From: the human T2T-CHM13v2.0 reference genome, Homo sapiens
Length of the DNA: 64,000 nt
NCBI RefSeq assembly: GCF_009914755.1
Contig: NC_060930.1
Direction: 5' to 3' (one strand)
The position numbers and the translations under genes are program-made. Every line of letters begins with the position of its first letter. Within the stretch, counting starts at the first letter, position 1. The notes below the pieces were generated by a model. The model saw nothing but the letters and a program-made list of their open reading frames with translations. It did no database searches and was not told the DNA's origin. Shown piece by piece: positions 25,704-38,568 of the stretch.

Positions 25704-28149
25704 GATCCTGGGGATGTTGGAGTTTTCTAGTAAATACATTAAGCATTTTGCATCTAGATTATGTTACAGGAAATTTTAAAAACGTTTAAAAAGTGGTTTT
25801 TAAGGTACTTTTTTTGGAAGACTAAAGAAAATGACCCATCTGAATGTTTTCTTTTGTTACCTAAAATGCACAGCATAATTTTTGTAGAAATTTTTCTTGC
25901 AACATAGTTACTTTCAGAACAAATCAAATTAGTTTTAATTTTACCATTTAGGAGTCATTTGATTTTGAGCTTAGATTCCTTATCTGTAAATAGAGAAGGC
26001 GAGACTGAATTGACATTAATGTCCTTATCAACCCTGCGCTCGCGCAGTTATTTGTTCCTTCCTTTAGTGTAAGTCTGTAGCCACCATTTGTGTCTTAATT
26101 AAATGATCTAAATCTTTAATGTTTTCACCATTTTTATGAATGAATCTCAGAGACTGATCTGATAGTCGTGTCGTGTAGCAACATAAACATCTTCCACAAC
26201 CTTTAAAAAGTTTGTTGGCATTAAAATTGTGGCTTTCAACATCCTTTCATTCCCAGAGGCTTATTTTAGCATGTCAAGTGGATGTGTTGAAGATTTATCA
26301 CATAGAACTCCACATTAATTTTTTACTTTAAGTGATCACCCATTTTTGTTCCGACATAAAGCAATATTCACTGCAGCTGTTAGCATATGACAGTTGACTG
26401 GCTGAACTTGGAAATACTGCTGCTGCTCGTTGAAACATGCTGCCATAGATTCTTGCTGCAATGTGATTGCTCTTCTGTCTTCACAAGTTATTCAAGAAGA
26501 AAATTAGTCTCATTTCTTTACGGAGACACTTTGCATAAACATGCAGTCATCATTGATCTACAAATCATATAAAGTTAAATGTAATCAATTATAGTTATAT
26601 ATAAGTATTCAGGGTGCTACTATAGGGGTGTCTTTGCTGCCAATGGCTGCAAGGGGTTGACAACATCATTTCAGGGACCCTCATTCATTTGCAGCTGGGA
26701 TTCCTTGATCTAAGAATGGACTGACATGTTTTTATGAGTATAAATACTCACAGATGTCCTCATTCTTTCTGAGCAGTTTGGATGCCATTTTGAGACCAGT
26801 TAGAACCCCTTCCCACTCTATTTGGTTAAGAGACAGAATTATGTCACATATAAGCCAACACTGGTTTAATCCAAAAGTCATTTATACATTTGGCATCAGT
26901 TCTGGTACTTCAGTTTTCTGCTAGTGTTTGTATCATAGCAATAGATTCCCTTTAAGAGTGATAGGTGTCTGTGGATGTGTTTAAGGAAGCAATGTTTAAA
27001 TGCACTGAGAGGAACTGTGCTCACTTAGAAGAAATGAGTCATCAAAGTTGGGAATTTTTTAATCCTTGGAAATTTTAAGGGTTTTTATTTTTCTATTTAC
27101 TAATTAAGGATATTTTGGAAACTTAATTTTTTTGGTCAAATAAAATAGGTAAATGGTATTTCCCCTTTCCAATCTTAACATCGGTTCTACCTAAGAGAGT
27201 GACTTCTTTAACTTGTTTAACACTAACCTTTAAAAAAATCAGTAAACAAAGCAGCATTGCAAGCCTAGTGAGTTTTTCATTCAACTGAATGAAATCATAT
27301 GTAAATTACTGGTTTAGACAGTGTTTGCTTCTATGATTTGTTGTTTAGGAAAAGTTGTATGCACCACAGCACAGCCACAGCCTGGGTTGTGCCTACTTTG
27401 AGAAACCTTACTGGGTGACAGAATGGGGTAACAGAGCCATAATTTATAGTCACTAATATGAAGATGTTATATCAATTACTTAGGAAAAAATACCCCACTG
27501 GATTTATATCCTTTAGTTATTAAAAAGTGGCAGCTATCTTAAATTAGCTAAAGAAACTAAAGAATTTAGCGACAGAAATTAATCACTGTCATGATCCATA
27601 CACAGACTCTGAGTTGCAGCACTCTACAAAACATTTGTTTGGAAAAGGAAAATTGCTATTATGGTCACCTTAATAGAAACAGACAATCAAACAAATCTTA
27701 ATTTAAAAGATTGCATGTGGTCATAAATCATAATGGCACAGAGATTTAAGGCACAAAAAGCAACTTCATAAAGAAATGAGGCATGCCAGGGAGAGCCAGC
27801 AACCATGGCTGGTGCCGTCCTGTCTGCCCATCCTATCAGTGATGTTGCAAATGTTTTGATATTTCAGCACTGAGCTGGATTGTTCATTTTGCAGTAAAAT
27901 GCAACAGTCTCCTAATCTGTTTTCTTGCCACTGGCTTTCTAATCTTCTTTAACCAATTCTCTACCCAGCAAGTGGAAGAAGGAGAGCCTTAAAATGGAAA
28001 TCGAGCCAGGGCATACCTTCTCCCCAGTCAAAATCATCAGCATCTTTTACTTGCAGTTGGGATTAAATCCAACTCCATGAAGTGATCTGACCTCACTTCC
28101 TGGGCTCCAGCACACCGGCCTGCTTCGGTTCCTTCCCTCCTCCTGTTGG

Positions 28150-28225
28150 GGGTACACTGAAAGAAGTACTTCGGGCTACTCTGAAAGAAGGGTACTCTGT
28201 AAGAATGGGGGGTACTCTAAAAGAA
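28150..28225 (+). repeat. Four degenerate copies of the 16-mer GGGTACTCTGAAAGAA
   Basis: Units start at 28150, 28174, 28190 and 28210. Confidence 0.85.
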
Positions 28226-31042
28226 GGTCATCTTAATGTTTACTCTGCATTGGATGTAATCCATTATTTCTAATACTTTTAGTTTCACTCGAGCTGAGTC
28301 ACAAAAACCAAAAAACAAAACCTAAACAAACAACAAAACCTCCTTAAGAGAGGAATGGGGTAGGAGCTAAGCCAATGGAATTAAAATCACTTAGTAACTG
28401 CGGTAGGCAATGCATATTGCTAATTGTCATATTAGCCGTATGTTGTGTTCTGTTTACATATGGTGAAATGTATGTACACCTTAACTGATATTTTGTGGAT
28501 GAGCACAAATGTTTGCATGCCTCTGAGTGATAGATGCCCCATTATGGAGTGTTACTTGGTAGTTGCAACATCCTCTTGGAAGGCAGAAGAAATCAACATA
28601 AGCTAAATTTTCCTCATTACTGTATTGCGTCACCATCTGTCTGCCTAGCTTTCTCAGGCGTCTTTAAATAGGCTTCAGACTGGCCAGTGTCACCAAGCAT
28701 CCAAGCTTTACAGATGGGGCCTAGATGCTGGGCCAACTGAACTACAGCTGTGTCTAGTACAGGCCAGGACACACTCCTTTTGGCCAATAACTCTTGTTTG
28801 GTTTTGATAATGATCTGATAGCATTAATATCTCAAAAGAAGAATTTGTTGTCCTTAGTGGTAGGGTAAGATATATATGTATATATCTAATATGTATAACT
28901 TATACATATATTATTTTTATATATTTATTATATATACATACACATAATAATTTTTAGCTGAAAATAAAAACTGCCAACTTCAGAATAAACAATTATTTCT
29001 TAAAGTCTAGGTTCCCAAGGCAGGAGTAGTGGGAAAATTATCTGCAGTCAATGAAGTGAAGTCATCATTTGGCAGCATGATTTCAAAATGGAGTAATCAG
29101 TGTATCCTATATGAATTAAGTCTAAGCCTTCTGTGTGGTCTTTCTTTAAGACCAAAGCACAAATAGAGTTTGGAAAAAATAGACTCAAATGCAATTTCAT
29201 TTTTTTACAATATTATACAGAATATGTAAATTCTTAAAGCACATGCTTCCTGAATTAAGTACAACCTCATGAAAATTCCATATCTACACTCTTCCCTATG
29301 AATTCATTGTGTAAAATTGAGCTCAGAATTGAAGAAAATAAATAGGACTGTGTCTAATCTTTCTGCATGGCTCAATTATAAATGACACAGTGCAGCTTTT
29401 TCAGGTAAACATACGGAATTATAAAAAGGATCTAGTGTGGAACTACATAGATGAATGGATCATTTTTTATATCCTAGGCCAGAAAGTAATGACTCAGATG
29501 TAGCTTATCTTTGCTTCATAACCAATGAGCATGTTGATGAAAATGGTGCCTCATTTAAATGACAGGTCTCCCTTCTACCACCATCTGCCGAGCCGCAATG
29601 GACAATTGAGGTATATGTTTGGATGTCTCCTAACAATAGTTTTGTATGAAAGCACAGCATAATTAAAATTGCCATGACCATCCAAAAGCTTATGTTTGAT
29701 TATTTTTTTGACTGTCATGGAAAATGACCCATTATTTGGTAAGGTAGTAACTTTTAAAAACTGTAGATAAAAGGAAGTAACAAATTCAGCAAACCAACTT
29801 GAGCCAGAGCTATGGGTTTTGGCTTACTAGATTGTAAAACTAACTAGCTGCCATTTTAAGCACTTCATAAGTTACTTGCTATAGTTTCTCCTTTTTGAGG
29901 CATCTCAAAGAATTGCCAGTGGGAACACAATCAAAGAGGGATGTTCATTTTTATGATATTGAGAGCACTGATGTTGAATTTAAGTGATTATTTTTCACTC
30001 TTTACAAGATCACATGAATGTAGGTAAATAAGACAGTGTAGGCAACCGTGTCAGTATCTAGAAGTGATCTGAGGAGGTTTGGCTTTGCCTAAACTTCTAG
30101 ATTCAATTTGCTTAAATTTCTGTGTTAATCTACCTCCTTCATGATTTCTAGTCTTCATTGACCTCTTTTCAATTAGAATTTGTAGAAACAAAATTTTTAA
30201 AAATAGGTATAGATACATTTACCTTTCTGTTTTCAGGAATGAGGAAGAGACAATTTGACAAATAAATTACTTCGAATTCAAATAAAGCACAACAATAACA
30301 TTCATCCTACCTGCAGGAAATAATGTAAAATACATTTAAAACCCCTTTAAAATTCTTTTAGCAGTTTTCATACATGTAAAATACATTTAAAACTTCTTTA
30401 GCATTTTATTCTATTTATAAATAACTTCCTAACAATTCTCTAATTAAAATCCTTTAGAGCTTTTACTTTGTATCTTTGTGGGGAAGTAAACTTCATTAAA
30501 AAATAATTTTTGACTCAAACTTTTAACTTAATTTCAACCTTAATATTCTTAATTTCCACAAATCTGAATGATAATATATACCCTACAAGGCCTACAAGCT
30601 ACTATTGAACGTTTTGTTAAATTTTTTCAATGTCGTGAACTTGCTTATTGGAAATGAATGGTAATTGTCATTATTCTGTTTCGTTGTGAAATCCAGAAAT
30701 TAGGATTTTATGGCCCAAATATGGCATTACTAGAGAAATTTAAATAAAAGAGACTAAGGTATATAAAACAAGATATGGGCTTTGATAGGACAAAGAAATA
30801 TAATTTTTGTAACTTTTTCAGTACTGTATAGAAGTCTCTCTAAAAAAATCACCTGAAGTTAATTATAATGTAATTATTATATAATAAAGGTTATATTTCA
30901 AAACTTATATGCTAACTTTAGAACTTTATTTCTCTCCATAGAATAATTTTTACAAATGTGCTGGATTCTAAAAGATTATTTATATCAGATCAATAATGGG
31001 TTAAAAAGTAAGCTTTTGTAGAATGCCTGGTAATAAAACAAC

Positions 31043-31418
<376 letters not shown>

Positions 31419-31537
31419 TAACTGTAGCTACAATACAATATTCAGCTTTTATCCCACTAAGAACTCATGGGTTCTATGATAATGTACTTTTAGTCCCATT
31501 TTTGATTATGTCAAATGAATAACAGTGGCAAAAGCAA

Positions 31538-31900
<363 letters not shown>

Positions 31901-32484
31901 TAGTAAAAAGTAAATTTAAAAAACTTACAAATCTATAAACTCGTAAAAGTAGTGGAACTTTAGAGATCATTGTGTGACTCAACAAATTTAATACATGATA
32001 TCCCTGAGCCTCAGTGATATTAAATGCCTTGCCTGAAATAGTAGCAGAACCCGAAGTAGAGCTTAGGTCTCCTTATTTCCGGTTTAGTACTTTCACTCTA
32101 CTCCCATATCAGTCAAAATATTTATTTAATAGTTCATGTAAAATAGTGAAGTTTTAGGTGATGTGATGGGTACAGTAAAATATAAGCTATTTGCTGTGTT
32201 CAGGGAGTTTGTAGCTGAGCAGTTTTTTTATAAACTATTTAGACAAATAATAGTATTCATTGGTAGGATTTAATAACTTTTGTACAATACAGAAATTGGG
32301 AATCATAGCTACCTTTTTGTTTATTTTTGGACCTACAACAAAATTTTAAAAAAAGCTTGAGAAATAAATACACAACACATACCAATGCCCCATTCCAAGC
32401 TATATTGGAGTCTGATGCAAAAGTGAAAATAAAGACAGATACAGTCTGTCTTTATTTAAAATTTTGAGATTTTTTTCATTGTGG

Positions 32485-32792
<308 letters not shown>

Positions 32793-32928
32793 CCATCATG
32801 GATTTTTTTTTTTATTAACCAGAGTCTATGCTCTATTCATATTTCCTTAGTTTTTACATAATGTTCTTTCCTGTTCCGGACTACATTACCTTTAGTTGTT
32901 ATGCCACATAGTGTTTTTTGCATTAATA

Positions 32929-33202
32929 TTGAGACAGAGCCTTGCTCTGTCGCCCAGGCTGGAGTGCAGTGGCGCGATTTTGGCTCACTGCAAGCTCTGC
33001 CTCCCCTGGCTTCAAGCCATTCTCTTGCCTCAGCCTCCTGAGTAGCTGGGACTACAGGCGCCCACCACCACGCCCGGCTAATTTTTTGTATTTTTAGTAG
33101 AGACGGGGTTTCACCGTGTTAGCCAGGATGGTCTCGATCTCCTGACCTCGTGGTCCGCCTGCCTCGGCCTCCCAAAGTGCTGGGATTACAGGCATGAGCC
33201 AC
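32929..33202 (-). mobile_element. AluY lacking poly(A) tail, slightly 5'-truncated
   Basis: Y diagnostics CACCGTGTTAGCCAGGATGGTCTCGATCTCC and GCAAGCTC; no T-tract; flanked by AATATTGA. Confidence 0.9.
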
Positions 33203-36200
33203 AATATTGATTTTTAAAGTATTATATTAAAATATTGTTTATCTCGATTACTGAGATTTGCACCTGAAATGACTGAGTCACTTGGCTTCCTCTAGTCCTG
33301 ACTTGGGTGCACACGTGCACGCAGAGACAGAGTATTTTATTTTTGAGAGATATTTCTTTAAGTGCTCTTATCCAAAAAAAGAAAAGCCCTTAAGTCCCAA
33401 TGGGCAAATTGCTAAAATGTGGGGGAAGAAAAGTAATTCTGGTATACAATGCAAAGTAGGAGCGTATTTCATAAATAACTCAGGTATGTTAACTAGTATT
33501 TATGGGTGAAGCCACAGATTTCTGATTGTAAATATCCAGAGTTCCATAGTGTACATATTATCTGAGCTCTCAGATCAGGCTTCATACCAGTGCAATAAAA
33601 TGAACACATAAACCTGACAAGCCAGAAGCCAGGGATGGGTCTGCTCTTAATCATACCACATCTAGTAGCATTCTACTTTTACTTTTATTATTGAATTCTT
33701 ACAACAAATAAATATAAAGTTTGTATTTAATCTTTCCCAGAATATCTCATCATTTTGCACCTGAAATGCAGGATAATTATTTCCAACAGATGTTATTTAC
33801 TGACATAATTTCTGGACCAGACGATAACATTTAACCCTCAGTGTAATGTTTTGATGTTCTCTCATGCCCTGATACATTTGGACTTATTACCAAATCATTA
33901 CTACAAGTCTGGAAGTTTCAATAATTTACAGAAGTCATTACGTCTGGAAGTGTAGTAACTCTGCCAAAGAGATGACCTAAATGTCCCAAATACATCCCAT
34001 ATTCTTCAGTCCTCCCATCTGAGTTTCTCTTACACCCATTTTTCTTATATATAAAAACAGAGCAATATTTTTGAGCAAAATTTTAAAAGAAAGGCTCTAT
34101 TTCGTCACATGGCCTCATTTCTTTTTTTCTGTTTGCATATCATGTACATGGATACAATTTAATCATGTAACCATGTCCATTAAATTATTAGCTGATGGCC
34201 TTTGATGTCAAGATTGCACTTTTGCCTTCTCTTTGTATGCACGGTGGTTTGATACCATCTCACTGCTGGCACTAAGTTTTCACAGAATAATAACATTTAC
34301 AGTTTATAATCTATAGATCTCTGGAGAGATTTGCTTAATAGAACAATACATGTCAAGATTCTTTGCCCAAGCTTGTCTGCTCTGTGCAAAATGTACAACG
34401 TATATTTTGCCTGCATATTTTACGCTACTAAATGGCTCTGTAAAGAAAGGTGTATTTAAGAACACATTTTAAAAAATTGTACTGAGTTTTACAAAAAAGC
34501 TATGACTCCCTACCTTGGAAATCTTGTTTTATTTTCTTGTCTTTTTTTTGTGTTTTCAAAGTATGAACTCTCCTTTGTTAGCTCTGTATGAGGAATGAAC
34601 CATTTTCTCAAAGTTCGATGAATAAAGACTCTCATCTTACAGGGAGGCTAAATTCTTGTGTTAGAAAGAATTCTTCATCATAAATACCTGTGAAATGATA
34701 AATGCATATTTGGGAATAAAACATCTTATAGGGCTTCTATTTAAAAATGACAGTGTGCTCATACTTGTATTTTCTCCCTCTTCAAACCCACCTAACATGC
34801 ATTAAGAAAAGCCAAAATATGTTAATCCACAAGGACAAAGAGAGCCAGAGAAAAGGCAACAGTGGAAAAATCTTTTAACAAACATTACTGAAGCAAGGAA
34901 GCAGATGGTAATTAATTTATCAGAGCAGAAGAAATTTCCACCTAGCCTGCAGAGGACATTATCACCAAGAAATTAGTCAGCATGTTTCTTGGAACTTTAC
35001 CTAGGGACGTCGGAACTGCTAAAGGCTGTGGTGAGGCACGGGCTGAAGAGAGAGGCTTTGCCAGAAAGGCCGTACAACAGATGTACATCAGATCTTCTCC
35101 CCAACTCATCCTCCCTGGAGGATACTGGAACTCTTATCTCTAGAGAAATGTAGAGACACCAGTTGAAGGCTGAAGTGAGATCCAGGGATAAATAGTGAAA
35201 AACCTCAGTTGTAAATGTTAAGAATAAAAAATCAAGAATCACGCAGCATTTTAAGAAAGCCTCAGATTGACACCTAGAGGAAACAGGATTTTTCAGGGAG
35301 CAGAAGAAAACGTAAGAAAAAAATATCTAATATATACAAATATTTGAGGAATATGCCCATGAAAACAGGAATCTCTAAAAAAGAAACAGAGACCAAGGCA
35401 GTGCTTGAAAATTAAAAATACGGTAAGCAATGGAAGAAAAAAAAAAACACAAAAAAAGAATTGGGACATAAATAATGGATGAAACCTTCTAATAAGTAGG
35501 AAAAAAGAGAACATAAACAGAAAACAGAATTATAAGATCAATATAAGAAGTTCATTGTCTCCAGTTTAAGGAATTCCTGGGAAGTGAGAGGAAACAATGA
35601 GAAAATTATCAGACATAATGAAGAAAAATTCTCTCTAGATCAGAAAAGAACACAACAACCCAAATTAAATGGGCCCACCAAGCACCTAGCCCAATGAATA
35701 AAAAATAGACTAACCCAACACATCACAACATTTCAAAACACCAGGGATAAAACATAATTTTCTTAAGCTTCAAGAGAAAATGAGCCATTCATACCCAAAG
35801 AAAAGAGTATCAGAATGACTTTTGACTTTTTGCTAACATTGGATAAAAGAAAATTTAAAAATTTGGAGAAAAAGTGTTTTCAGCCAACAGTTTTATGCCC
35901 AGGCATAGTATCAATAACATGTAAGTAAAGAAAAACAAATGTGGATGTACTTCCAAAATAAACCTCCCACGTCTTAGAGAAAGTTATTAAAGAATAGACC
36001 CCAGCAAAACAAAGGAATAAACCAAGAAAGATACATATATGGGATTTGTGAAATCAAGGTCCTGACAGAAAAATGATAAAGAGAGTTGACAGAATGACAC
36101 TTGTGTAGAGCAATAAGTATCTATTAGAGCGGGAAGGTAAAGAGCTGCAGGAGAGAATTATGAAATAGCCAAATAGAGTTGCTAGAATAGTTATTATATA

Positions 36201-36505
36201 CGAGATTTGCAAAAGTTAATTGAGTCATTTGACAGGTCCATTGACATATTGGGAGAAAGTAAAGTTTGTAGAAACTAAGCAGATGAACACACAGTAGCTT
36301 TATTAATTGCAAGACAAAATATACATGAGAAAGGAATGGTAATAATAGGATGCTATTTAGCTCATCAGTAAACAGTATTTCATTGTTATAGTGATATAAA
36401 TGGTGACTGTTTAACCAAAAGTTGTTATGTAACTATACTGAGAGGATTAGAAGGCAAGTGTGCATGTATGCTAGATTCACTACCATGACAGAAAGTCTAC
36501 AACAG

Positions 36506-37190
36506 TATCTTAGGTTGGGTTCCCTGTAAGAAACACTCTGTGCAGAAAGTTTACTGAGAAGTATCTGTCTTGAAGGTCAACACCTGTGGAGGAAGAAGGA
36601 AGCAGGATAGGGCAGGGAGAGGAGCTGAATTGTGATGTTGATGCAGTTACAACAAAAATCTCCCTCTAGAGCTGGATGGCCCCCCAGAGTGGTACTGCCT
36701 TAAATCAAAGAGTTTGGGCCTTTTTACCCCCAGAATCTATCAGTCATTGGAGCTGACCAAAGGAGATGTTATGGACTGGATGTTTGTGTCTCCCCGAAAC
36801 TCTTATGTTGAAGCCCTTAATCCCCAATATGGTATTTGGAGGTGGGGACTTTGGGAGATAATTAGGGTTAGATGAGTTTGTCGGGGTGGGGATCTTATGA
36901 TGGGATTGAAGCCCTTATAAAGAAATGGGCATGAGAGCTCTCTCTCTCCATCATGTGAGGACACAGCAAGAAGGTGACCATCTGCAAGCCAGGGAGAAAG
37001 CCCTCACCAGGGACTGAATTTGCCAGTCTGCCATCACCTTGATCTTGGACAGTGAGAAACAAATACCTGTTGTCTAAACTACCCAGTTTATTGTATTTGT
37101 CATGGTGTGTGCTAATGCATGAGGGGTCATAACTAAGACAGGAGGGATCATGGTCTTAGACAAGGTGGCCCTTTACAATTGAAGGCTATT
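36506..37190 (-). mobile_element. LTR33-like ERVL LTR split by MLT1A
   Basis: TAGGTTGGGTTCCC...TCAACACCTGTGG..GAAGGAAGCAGGATAGGGCAG...GAGCTGGATGGCCC...CAGTCATTGG. Confidence 0.65.
36767..37140 (+). mobile_element. MLT1A-type MaLR LTR
   Basis: TGTTATGGACTG...AACTAAGACA termini; near-TSD GGAGA/GGAGG. Confidence 0.85.
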
Positions 37191-37499
37191 TTAACTAAAC
37201 TGATAAATCAAAAATAGAAATAAAAGCATATTATTTAGAAACATGGAGGTAAGTGGCACAGGAAACAGCAAACACATTTAGAACTGGCAGAGGAAGGTGG
37301 GCATAGTGGACAAGAACAGGTTCTTTTTGTTATGAGCCATTCACCATTACTTGATTTTAGCTATGTGCACCCATGACATTGATAGAATTAACAGTTACTT
37401 TAAAATTAACAATTCAACTGCATCCAGTTATGGAAGCAAAGTGTTAAATATAATGCCATTTTTGGTGATGGTATATACAGCTAGGTGTACCAATCTTCA

Positions 37500-37940
<441 letters not shown>

Positions 37941-37969
37941 CTAAATGATTTTTAATACTTATACCTATT

Positions 37970-38568
<599 letters not shown>

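Larger units (their letters stand above)
34740..37410 (+). mobile_element. HAL1 (half-L1) element interrupted by LTRs
   Basis: A-rich decayed L1-ORF1-like region (GGGCCCACCAAGCACCTAGC...AACACCAGGGATAAA...ATCAGAATGACTTTTGACTT) runs directly into HAL1-type 3' sequence (GGAATAAACCAAGAAAG) with no ORF2; resumes at ~37190. Confidence 0.65.

Noticed and set aside
29566-29610. 45-nt AG...GT frame-preserving exon candidate beside the palindrome TCATTTAAATGA
   Set aside because: No polypyrimidine tract, weak donor (GAG/GTATAT), and no recognisable peptide in any frame; more likely conserved non-coding sequence.
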